Origin: Mobula hypostoma
Lineage: Eukaryota
Length of the DNA: 64,000 bases
Assembly (NCBI RefSeq): GCF_963921235.1
Contig: NC_086097.1
Location: 156,738,001-156,802,000 of the forward strand
Direction: 5' to 3'
Shown: positions 25,350 to 35,735 of the stretch, piece by piece
Layout: each line of letters begins with the position of its first letter
Position numbering within the stretch: the first letter of the stretch is position 1
The notes under the pieces: model-generated
What the model was told of the DNA's origin: nothing
The model's database searches: none
What the model saw: only the letters and a program-made list of their open reading frames with translations
Position numbers and translations under genes: made by a program

Positions 25350-27254
25350 TGCTCCCTCCCTGTTTACCCTGTATACCTCGGATGTTAGATACAACACTGA
25401 GTCATGTCATCTGCAGAAATTCTCTGATGTCTCAGCAATAGTTGTGCATATAAGGGGAGGACGGGAGGATGAATACAGGGCCCTGTAGGAGGACTTTGTT
25501 GAAAGATGCAAGCCGAATCATCAGCAGCTCAGCATTAGTTAGACGAAGGAGATGGTGATGGAGTTTAGTAAAATGAAGCCTGTATTGCTCCTGGTACTAT
25601 TGATGATGATGACGATGTGGATATGGTGAGGACCTACAAGCTCCTGGGGGTGAACCTGGATGACAGACTTGAGTGTCGTACCAACGCAATGGCTGTGTAC
25701 AAGAAGGGCCAGCGTCACATCTACTTCCTGAGGAGACATCAACAAGTTCGCCGATGACACGGCCGTGGTGGGTCTCATCAGCAAGAATGATGAGTCAACA
25801 TACAGAGAGTAGGTGCAGCGGCTAACGGACTGGTGCAGAGCCAACAATCTGTCTCTGAAGGTAAACAAAGCAAAAGAGATGGTTGTTGACTTCAGGAGGA
25901 CACAGGGCGACCACTGTCTGCGGAACATCGACGACTCCTCCGTAGAGATCGTTAAGAGCACCAAATTTCTTGGTGTTCACCTGGCAGATAATCTCACCTG
26001 GTCCCTCAACACCAGCTCCATAGCAAAGAAAGCCCAGCAGCGTCTCTACTTTCTGCGAAGGCTGAGAAAAGTCCATCTCCCACCACTCCCCATCCTCACC
26101 ACATTCTGCAGAGGTTGTATTGAGAGCATCCTGAGCAGCTGCATCACTGCCTGGTTTGGAAATTGCACCATCTTGGATCACAAGACCCTGCAGCGGATAG
26201 TGAGGTCAGCTGAGAAGATCATCGGGGTCTCTCTTCCTGCCATCAATGACATTTACACTACATGCTGCATCCGCAAAGCAAACAGCATTATGAAGGACCA
26301 CATGCACCCCTCATACAAACTCTTCTCCCTCCTGCCATCTGGTAAAAAGCACCAAAGCATTTGGTCTCTCACGACCAGACTATGTAGCAGTTTCTTCCCC
26401 CAAGCCATCAGACTCCTCAATACCTAGAGCTTAGCTTGACACCAACCTACTATACCCTCTACTGTGCCTGCTGTCTTGTTTATTATTTATTATTATTTAT
26501 TGTAATGCCTGCACTGTTTTGTGCACTTTATGCAGTCCTGGATAGGTCTGTAGTCTAGCGTAGTTTTTGTGTTTTTTTCTTACGTAGTTCAGTGTAGTTT
26601 TTGTATTGTTTCATGTAGCACCATGGTCCTGGAAAACGTTGTCTCATTTTTACTATGTTCTGTACCAGCAGTTATGGTGAAATGACAATAAAAAGTGACT
26701 TGACTTGACTTGACTTGACTTGACTTGACTGAGGTTCTTTGGAGTATGCAGGCCTCTCCTTCACATGTTCTACCAGTCTGTTGTCACCAGTACAGTCTTC
26801 TATGCATTGGTGTGCTGGAGCAATGGCATCAACACGGGTGATTGCAACAGGTTCAATTAACTGATTCGAAGGGCTGACTCTGTTATCAGAGTCAAACTGG
26901 ACACACTGGAGGCTGTGGTAGAACAAAAGACCCTACGGAAAATCCTGGCAGTTCTGGACAATATTTCTCACCCTCTGCATGCCACCTTGACTGAACAGAG
27001 GAGCACTTCTAGTAATAGACTGTGCTGTTTCAGAGAGCAGTATATGAGGTCATTCTTACCCTCGGCCATTAGGCTCTATAGTGAATCAAACTATAGCCGG
27101 TGAAGTGATGACCCCCTGCTTGTTAGACTGTTTGAGGTAAGTTATTTTTTATTCTTTCTACTTCTTTTCTAATATTTATACCTGTGCACTTGTAATGCTA
27201 CTGTGTCACTGTAATTTCCTTTGGGATCAATAAAGTATCTATCTATCTATCTAT
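25350..27254 (+). mobile_element. Rex1/Babar-like LINE with (TATC)n tail, interrupted at 25738-26729
   Basis: LFTLYTSDVRYNTESCHLQKFSD; the host sequence CTTCCTGAGGAGAC/TGAGGTTCTTT rejoins across the insert. Confidence 0.75.
25738..26729 (+). mobile_element. Younger Rex1/Babar-like LINE 3' part with (GACTT)n tail
   Basis: [52 protein letters not shown]. Confidence 0.88.
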
Positions 27255-27445
27255 TTAATATTAGCCTAATCACAGTACAATTTACAATGAACAATTGACC
27301 TGCTAATCAGCACGTCTTTGGACTGTGGGAGAAAACAGAGCACATGGAGGCAAACAACACGGTTCACAGGGAGAACATATGAACTCCTTACAGATGACAC
27401 TAAAATTGAACTCTGAGTTTGATGCCCCTAACATTAATAGTGTAG
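27255..27445 (-). mobile_element. V-SINE-like fragment
   Basis: Reverse complement has GTAAGGAGTTCATATGTTCTCCCTGTGA and TTTCTCCCACAGTCCAAAGAC. Confidence 0.6.
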
Positions 27446-27654
27446 TCATGATTTTATTTTTTATCCTTATTCAATGCTTCCAATATCCCAGTGTCTTATT
27501 TGACCACAGTTCTTTTATTAATTTGAATATTTTCTCATGTTCAGTTGTAACATTACAAATTAATTTGCATAATCAAAATATTTACTAGTTTGGTACAACG
27601 CTCATACCAAATCTTTACTGAAGCCAATGTTCAGAAACAGATGTAAAAATATAG

Positions 27655-28462
27655 CTGTGTACATACATCTGTTGATGCTTTTGGACACATCTTCAGTGAT
27701 GTTCCTGGAATCATCGGGTTATTTCGGGTCTTTCAACATCATACAACCTCCTCCAGGTGACCCAGCCGAGTCTGATCAGACCCCAGCTTGTGTCCAGATG
27801 GCTAGCTACTTATGGCTCCATGGCTCCCCTCTTTTGAGCCACAGCCATCTTGAGGCCCTCTCTGCCGCATCGGTGGTACTGCGGATGGCCCTCCTCTTCT
27901 CTTCTCCCTCAATGCCCAAAATGCTGAAGGCTCTAACTAAAGAATGGGCTACGAATCCCCTACAACCAGCCTCCATTGGGAGACACCTCACTCTCCATCC
28001 AGCCTGCTGACAGTTGCTGACCAGTCCTGCGTACTTGGAGAGCTTCCTTTCAAAGGCCTCTTCCAAGCTATCTTCCCATGGGACTGTCAGCTCCAGCAGC
28101 ACCACTTGCTTAGTAGACTCAGACACTAGGACAATGTCTGGTCGCAGGGTGGTGGCTGCGATATGGTTGGAGAACTTCAGCTGTCCTTCGAGGTCCACCA
28201 ACAGCTGCCAGTCCCTTGCAGAGGTCAGGATGCCTGTAGATGTTCTTTTGGCGGGTATTGGCTGCTCCCCAGCTCTGACAAAGGCAATGGTCTGCTTGGA
28301 GGGTCGGGACTGCTTTGCCCACCCAACTCCTGCGCTGACGGCTTCAGCGATGGCCTTCATGACCTGATCATGCCTCCACCTGTACCATCCCTCCCCAAGT
28401 GCCCTTGCACAGCCGCTGAGGATGTGCTCCAGGGTTCCTCGCTTGGAGAACAGTGGTCACGC
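27655..28462 (-). mobile_element. 5'-truncated Hero-like (R2 superfamily) LINE with restriction-like endonuclease
   Basis: C..LEHILSGC, WRHDQV, RPD(x)11ELTVPWE, RKLSKY; TSD AAAAATATAG at 27645-27654 and 28463-28472. Confidence 0.88.
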
Positions 28463-28875
28463 AAAAATATAGAGATATAGAAAGTAGGAGAAGATGCAGG
28501 CTATTTAGTCCTTCAAACCTGCTTTTCCATTTAATTTGATCACAGTGATCCATCCAAATTCACTTGTTTAGATTCATATTTAGATTAGGTTCCTGCTTTC
28601 TCACCACCCCCTTTGATCACATCAGCCACTTGATGGACTTGATTTCACTTATATTCTATAATAAAGAATCCCACAGGCTCAACCCTCCCTCAGTGAAGAA
28701 ATTTCTCTTCCTGTCAGGTCTATCTTATATCAGGAGACTGTGATTCCTCGTCCAGATTTTCCTACCAGTGGGACAATTTTTCCTGTATCTTGCCATCCAT
28801 CCATGTCAGGAGTTTATGTTTCAGTGGGATTTTCTTTCATTTTTCTCCGATGTAAGCCAAACATAAACCAAATTG

Positions 28876-31290
28876 GTTGGTACTGGACCCCAGGATAGGG
28901 AGTTTGTAGAGTGACTACGGGATGCATTTTTGGAGCAGCTTGTATGAGAGCCGACCAGGGATAAGGCTATTCTGGATTTAGTGTTGAGCAATGAACAGGA
29001 TTTGATAAGTGATCTTGAAGTAAAGGAGCCATTAGGAGGTAGTGACCATAATATGACAAGTTTTTATCTGCAAGTTGAGAGGGATAAGGGCAGATCAGAA
29101 GTGTTAGTATTGCAGTTGAACAAAGGAGACTATGGAGCCATGAGGGAGGAGCTGGCCAAAGTTGACTGGTTGGATATCCTAGCAGAAAAGACAGTGGAAC
29201 AGCAATGGCAGGTATTCTTGGGAATAATGCACAAGGTGCAGAATCAATTCATCCCCCGGAGAAGGAAGGATTCAAAGGGGGGGAAAGTGGCCACAAAGGA
29301 AGTCAGAGATAGCATAGCATTAAAAAAGAAGTATAACAGAGCTAAGGTGAGTGGGAAGACGGATGATTGGGAAATTTTTAAGGAGCAACAGAACTTAACT
29401 AAAAAGGCAATACGGGGAGAAAAAATGAGGTATGAACGCAAGCTAGCTAGGAATATAAAGGAGGATAGCAAAAGTTTTTTTAGGTATGTGAAGAGAAGGA
29501 AGATAGTTAAGAACAATGCTGGGCCCTTGAAGAATGAATTGGGAGAAATTGTTATGGGAAACAGAGAAATGGCAGACGAATTTAATAAGTATTTTGAATC
29601 TGTCTTCACTAGGGAAGACACAAGCAATCTCCCAGATGTATGGATGGGCCAAGGACATAGGGTAACAGAGGAACTGAAACGGATTGACATTAGGAAGGAA
29701 ACGGTGATGAGTAGACTGATGGGACTGAAGGCTAACAAATCCCCAGGTCCAGATGATCTGCATCCTAGGGTACTAAAGGAGGTGGCTCTGGAAATTGCGG
29801 ATGCATTGGTGATCATTTTCCAATGTTCCTTAGATTCAGGATCAGTTCCTGAGGATTGGCGAATGGCTAATGTTATCCCACTTTTTAAGAAAGGAGGGAG
29901 GGAGAAAACAGAGAACTTTCGCCCTGTTAGCCTAATATCAGTAGTGGGGAAGATGCTAGAGTCCATTATTAAAGATGAAATAGTGGCATATCTTGATAGC
30001 AGTGATAAGATTGGGCCGAGCCAGCATGGATTTACCAAGGGCAAATCATGCTTGACTAATCTATTGGAGTTTTTCGAGGATGTAACCAGGACGATAGACG
30101 CGGGAGATCCAGTGGATGTGGTGTACCTTGACTTTCAGAAGGCATTTGATAAGGTACCACATAGGAGATCGGTGGGTAAAATCAGAGCTCATGGCATTGG
30201 GGGGAGGATATTGACATGGATAGAAAACTGGTTGGCAGATAGAAAGCAAAGGGTAGCAGTGAATGGGTGTTTCTCAGAATGACAGGTGGTGACTAGTGGG
30301 GTGCCACAGCTGTTTACGATTTACGTCAATGATTTAGAGGAAGGCATTGTGAATAACATCAGCAAGTTTGCTGATGATACTAAGCTGGGTGGCAGTGTGA
30401 CATGTGATGAGGATGTTAGGAGAAATCAAGGTGACTTGGATAGGCTGGGTGAGTGGGCAGAAACTTGGCAGATGGCATTTAATGTGAATAAGTGTGAGGT
30501 TATTCACTTTGGGAGCAAGAACAGGAAGGCAGATTATCATCTGAAAGGTGTGGAGTTAGGTAAGGGAGAAATACAAAGAGATCTAGGAGTACTTGTTCAT
30601 CAGTCTCTGAAGGTGAATGAGCGAGTGTAGCAGGCAGTGAAGAAGGCTAATGGAATGTTGGCCTTTATTACAAAGGGAATTGAGTACAAAAGCAAGGAAA
30701 TCCTTTTGCATTTGTACAGGGCCCTGGTGAGACCACACCTGGAGTATTGTGTGCAGATTTGGTCTCCAGGGTTAAGGAAGGGCATCCTGGCTGTGGAGGA
30801 GGTGCAGCGTAGGTTCACTAGGTTATTTCCTGGGATGTCCGGACTGTCTTACACAGAGAGGTTAGAGAGACTGGGCTTGTACACGCTGGAATTAAGGAGA
30901 TTGAAGGGGGATCTGATTGAGACATATAAGATTATTAAAGGATTGGACAAGATAGAGGCAGGAAATGCGTTCCAGATGCTGGGAGAGTCCAGTACCGGAG
31001 GGTATGGTTTAAGAATAAGGGGTAGGTCATTTAGGACAGAGTTGAGGAGGAACTTCTTCTCCCAGAGAGTTGTGGAGGTGTGGAATGTGCTGCCTCAGAA
31101 GGCAGTGGAGGCCAATTCTCTGGATGCTTTCAAGAAGGAGCTAGATAGGTATCTTATGGATAGGGGAATCAAGGGTTATGGGGACAAGGCAGGAACCGGG
31201 TATTGATAGTAGATGATCAGCCATGATCTCAGAATGGCGGTGCAGGCTCGAAGGGCCGAATGGTCTACTTCTGCACCTATTGTCTATTGT
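28876..31290 (+). mobile_element. 5'-truncated CR1 LINE, second subfamily
   Basis: LGGSDHN, KSPGPDD, YLDFQKAFD, FADD; in-frame stops; (CTATTGT)n tail; TSD CAAATTG at 28869-28875 and 31291-31297. Confidence 0.95.
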
Positions 31291-31994
31291 CAAATTGTCC
31301 CAATATCTCATTATGAATCACTGCTGTCACCTTACGAATCAGTCCAGTAAACCTTTGCTACAGTTTCTTCATGGTATGAACACCCTTCCTCAGATAAAGA
31401 TACCAAGACTGTACACGTGAATAAGAATCAGATTTATAATCATTGCCACGTATTGCAAACTTCGCTGCTTTGTGACAGCAATGTAGCGCAAAACATAAAA
31501 TATCACTGTAAGGTACAATAAATAAATAAATAAATAGTGTGAAAGAGGAATAGTGATGCAGTGTTTATGGATTCATGGACCAAGCAAAAATCTGATGGCA
31601 GATGGAAGAAGTTGTTCAAAAAAAATTGCATGTTGGTCTACAAGCATTTATACCTCTTCCCTGATGGTAGTTAGTTGCTCTTATATCTTATATTTGGGTC
31701 ACACAGCAGCCTTCCTTCTAATCTGTCACTATTCAGATAATAATCCACCCTTAGACCACAGTGGAGAAACACAATACACTGCATTTGCCCACTCAGTCAA
31801 CATATCCAGAAATACTACAGAACATTTCTGCATCCATGTCAAAGCTCACGCATTAGCCAACTTCGTGTTTCGTACAAAGTTGGAAATTTTATATTTATTT
31901 CTGTCCTGTGAATCACTAAGTTTTACCTTGGATGGCTGAGGATCAAGCACTGAATGCTGAATGCAGCTTGGAAAAGGACCTGTTTATTCCTACA

Positions 31995-32222
31995 AACAAC
32001 AGGAATTCTGCAGATGCTGGAAATTCAAGCAACACACATCAAAGTTGCTGGTGAACGCAGCAGGCCAGGCAGCATCTCTAGGAAGAGGTACAGTTGACGT
32101 TTCAGGCCGAGACCCTTCATCAGGACACTGAGTCCTGACGAAGGGTCTCGGCCTGAAACGTCGACTGTACCTCTTCCTAGAGATGCTGCCTGGCCTGCTG
32201 TGTTCACCAGCAACTTTGATGT
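31995..32222. mobile_element. Penelope-derived inverted-arm mini-insertion with hammerhead motifs on both strands
   Basis: TSD TGTTTATTCCTACA at 31981-31994 and 32220-32233. Confidence 0.9.
32131..32166 (+). ncRNA. Minimal type I hammerhead ribozyme motif (representative copy)
   Basis: AGTC-CTGACGA-AGG gtctcgg CCT-GAAAC-GTC/GACT: stem I AGTC:GACT, core CUGANGA, stem II, GAAA, loopless palindromic stem III (ACGT), predicted GUC cleavage after 32162. Confidence 0.8.
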
Positions 32223-32528
32223 TTATTCCTACACTTGATTTCTTGTCTTCTAACATATTCTCTATCCATGACAGTCCATTAGCCCACAATCCAACATCTT
32301 TTAATTTTGAATATTATTTTCTAAATTAGGATTTTATTGCAAGTCTTTTAAATATTCAAAAGCACCATCTCCATTGAGGTTCACACCCATTCTTTCCTAC
32401 CAGTTCCAGTAAATCTGTCAATCATAATTTCTTTCCTATAAATCAATGCTGATCTTGACTGACTCTATCATTATTTTCTAAGTACTCTGAGTTGTAACTT
32501 TAATTACAGACTCTAGCAATATAAGGCT

Positions 32529-32774
32529 AACAAGGGGGATGTCAGAGGTAAGTTTTTCACACAGAGAATGGTGGGTGCGTGGAATGCACTGCCAGCAACG
32601 GTGGTAGAGGCAGATACACTAGGTGGTTTTACGAGACTCTTATGTACATGGAGCTTAGAAAAATAGAGGGCTATGCGTTAGGAAAATCCTGGGCAATTTC
32701 TAGAGTAGATCATATGGCCGGCAAAACATTGTGGGCCGAAGGGCCTGTAATGTGCTGTAGATTTCTATGTTCTA
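32529..32774 (+). mobile_element. Short CR1 3' end
   Basis: FFTQRMVGAWNALP, GGGCCGAAGGGCCTG, TTCTATGTTCTA tail. Confidence 0.85.
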
Positions 32775-32859
32775 ACTGGTCTATGACTCCCTGTTTTATC
32801 TCTCCCTCCTTTTTACTTAAACAGTGGGGATAGTTAGCGACACTATAACCTGTAGGAGC

Positions 32860-33056
32860 TTTTTAAATATTATTTCTGTTTTGCACTATTTTAATCTAAC
32901 TATTTAATATACACATATATACTTACTGCAATAGTTTTACTTATTTACTTTTTTCTTTCTATACTATCATGTATTGCATTATACTGCTGCCAGGTTAACA
33001 AATTTCATGACACATGCCGGTGATAACAAACCTGATTCTGATTCTGATTCTGATTC
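32860..33056 (+). mobile_element. Rex1/Babar-like 3'UTR with (CTGATT)n tail
   Basis: Same 3'UTR as 42020-42200. Confidence 0.75.
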
Positions 33057-33219
33057 CAATAGGGAATCCAGAGGATGCTTGAGACTGACTGGCAATGCAT
33101 CTACTTACTTAAGAATTATGGAATCTAGATCATAGGCCCCTGGGAATTTTTCAGCCTTTGAGCTCTTCAGTTGTCCTAACACCATTTCCCTATTAATACT
33201 AACTTCTTTTTTACTGTTA

Positions 33220-33499
33220 GACTTCGGCCACATTCCACCGAGATACAACACGGGAGGTCGTTCCCACCTGTGGCTATCGAACGTGCAGCTCCTCCCGTGG
33301 AGGGTCAGACACCCTGAGCCAATAGACTGGTCCTGGACTTATTTTCTATCTGGCATAGTTTGCATTTTGTTGTTTGATTGTTTGTGGTTTTTGTATTGCT
33401 ATATTTACGCTCTATTCTTGGTTGGTGCGGCTGTAACGAAACCAAATTTCCCTCGGGATTAATAAAGTATATCTATCTATCAATCTATCTATCTATCTA
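33220..33499 (+). mobile_element. LINE 3' end with (TATC)n tail
   Basis: RRSFPPVAI-like end of ORF; GGGATTAATAAAGTATATCTATC. Confidence 0.65.
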
Positions 33500-34444
33500 G
33501 TTCCTTCCTCCTATTATCCTAGGTTCCCAAATGTTACTGGGAGACTATTTGTACAGTTGACCTGTCATGTCTTTGTTCGCCTTGTTTCTGGCTGCTAGGG
33601 GTCTACATTGTTCTTCACCAATCTCTCTCCCTTTATACATCTATGGAAGTTTTTACAGTCGGTTTTTCTGTCATTGGTAATTGGTTTGGTATTTCCGCGT
33701 ATACTAATGCACAGTGAAAAGCCTTGTTTTATATATCATACACACTGATCGGTACAGCAAGGTGTTACAAGGGAAACACAATAGAAGTTACAGAGAAAGT
33801 ACAGTGTAGGCAGACTAAAACGGGCAAAGCCACAATAAGGTCGATTGTATGGTCAACAATCCATCTTATACTACAGGACTGTTCAATACTCATTTAAAAG
33901 TGGGAGAGGAGCTGTCATTGTGCTCAGAATATGTTCTTTCAGACTTTTATATCTTCTGCCAAATGAGAGGAATGAGAAGAGAGAATATTCAGGGTTTGTG
34001 TAGTCTTTGATTTTGTTAGCTACTTTTCCAAGATGGTGAATAGTGTAGATGGAGTCCATGAAGGACAGATTGTTTTCTGCAAGCTTACTCACATTATCTA
34101 ATTTTCCTCCATTTTAATTATTGCTTGGTCATCCTTTGTGAATTTTTCAATGTTTCAGTGTCCTTGGTTTGTTGCTCTCTCTCTCTCTGTCTCTCTCTCT
34201 CTCTCTCCGATTAACTTATGCGTCTCCTTAACATTTAACACTGATAACAAATGTACTTTGACTTTGAACACTTTTTCTAATTTCACTTGTTGATTGCTCA
34301 GTGCTGCCCTCCGGTGTTCACTCAGTAGAGGTACTACCTCGACCAGGACTACTCAGGGTCCTGAGCGATATTATTGTTTTCCTCTCTCTTTGTGATAGTT
34401 TTTCTGAAATTGTAGCCATATGTGTTGTTTTGTGCAAAGTGCTG

Positions 34445-35539
34445 TGGACGTCTACATCTGCACCAAGTGCATTGAGATGCAGCTCTTAAGGGACCGCGTT
34501 AGGGAACTGGAGCTGCAGCTCGATGACCTTCGTCTGGTCAGGGAGAGTGGGGAATTGATAGAGAGGAGTTGCAGGCAGGTGGTCACGCCGGGGCCACGGG
34601 AGGCAGACAAGTGGGTCACGGTTAGGAGGGGGAAGGGGAAGAGTCAGGTAATAGGGAGTACCCCGGTGGCTGTGCCCCTTAACAATAGGTACTCCTGTTT
34701 GAGTACTGTTGGGGGGGACAGCTTACCCGGGGGAAGCGACAGTGGCCTTGCCTCCGGCACAGAGTCTGGCCCTGTAGCTCAGAAGGGTAGGGCAAGGAAG
34801 AGGAGGGCAGTTGTGAGAGGGGACTCGATAGTAAGGGACATACATCAAAGTTGCTGGTGAACGCAGCAGGTCAAGCAGCATCTATAGGAAGAGGTGCAGT
34901 CGACATTTCAGGCCGAGACCCTTCGTCAGGACTTACGAAGGGTCTCAGCCTGAAACGTCGACTGCGCCTCTTCCTATAGATGCTGCTTGGCCTGCTGCGT
35001 TCACCAGCAAGTTTGATGTATGTTGCTTGAATTTCCAGCATCTGCAGAATTCGATAGTAAGGGGGTCAGATAGGCGATTCTGTGGACGCAGTCCAGAGAC
35101 CCGGATGGTAGTTTGCCTCCCTGGTGCCAGGGTCCAGGATATTTCTGATTGTGTCCAAGATATCCTGAAGTGGGAGGGTGAGGAGCCAGAGGTCGTGGTA
35201 CATATAGGTACCAATGACATAGGTAGGAAAAGGGATGAGGTCCTGAAAGGAGAATATAAGGAGCTAGGAAGGGAGTTGAGAAAAAGGACCGCAAAGGTAG
35301 TAATCTCGGGATTACTGCCTGTGCCACGCGACAGTGAGAGTAGGAATGCGATGAGGTGGAGGATAAATGCGTGGCTGAGGGATTGGAGCAGGGGGCAGGG
35401 ATTCAAGTTTTTGGATCATTGGGACCTCTTTTGGCGCAGGCGTGACCTGTACAAAAAGGATGGGTTACACTTGAATCCTAGGGGGACCAATATCCTGGCA
35501 GGGAGATTAGCAGGGTCTACTGAGGTGACTTTAAACTAG
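34445..35539 (+). pseudogene. CR1 ORF1p: zinc finger/leucine zipper and SGNH esterase; 5'-truncated and interrupted
   Basis: YICTKC.EMQLLRDRVRELELQLDDL; GDS, VHIGTNDI and DGLHLN esterase blocks. Confidence 0.9.
34838..35050. mobile_element. Penelope-derived inverted-arm mini-insertion inside CR1 ORF1
   Basis: TSD TCGATAGTAAGGG at 34825-34837 and 35051-35063. Confidence 0.92.
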
Positions 35540-35735
35540 AATGGTTGGGGGGTGGGAATCAAATTAAAGAGGCTAGGCGTGAGGAGGTTAGTTCACAACA
35601 GGGGGATGGGAACCAGTGCAGAGAGACAGAGGGGTGTAAAGTGAGGGTAGAAGCAAAAAGTACAAAGGAGAGAAGTAAAAGTGGCAGGCCGACAAATCCA
35701 GGGCAAGCATTAAAAAGGGCCACTTTTCAACATAA

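Larger units (their letters stand above)
28463..34150 (-). mobile_element. Old CR1, fragmented by several later insertions
   Basis: CR1-type 3' end near 28470; minus-strand RT remnants at about 31298-31420, 31680-31980, 32234-32528, 32774-32850, 33060-33210, 33500-33670 and 34090-34150. Confidence 0.55.

Noticed and set aside
25170..25388. Recurrent small ORFs such as MLVNAAGQAASLGRGTVDVSGRD as a micro-protein family
   Set aside because: They are translations of the Penelope-derived arms, vary in frame and end, and mostly start at non-ATG codons
29244..30044. Long antisense ORFs over CR1 ORF2 (also 37891-38631, 11386-11790, 37468-37872)
   Set aside because: Antisense shadows of the CR1 coding frame with no independent motifs
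31995..32222. Palindromic inserts as MITEs or CRISPR-like repeats
   Set aside because: Arms are unequal with variable ends, TSD length varies from 11 to 17 bp, there is no spacer array or cas gene, and they match a Penelope 3' end
35027..35539. SGNH esterase as a stand-alone or horizontally acquired gene
   Set aside because: It is the known CR1 ORF1 esterase domain, in its expected position before ORF2
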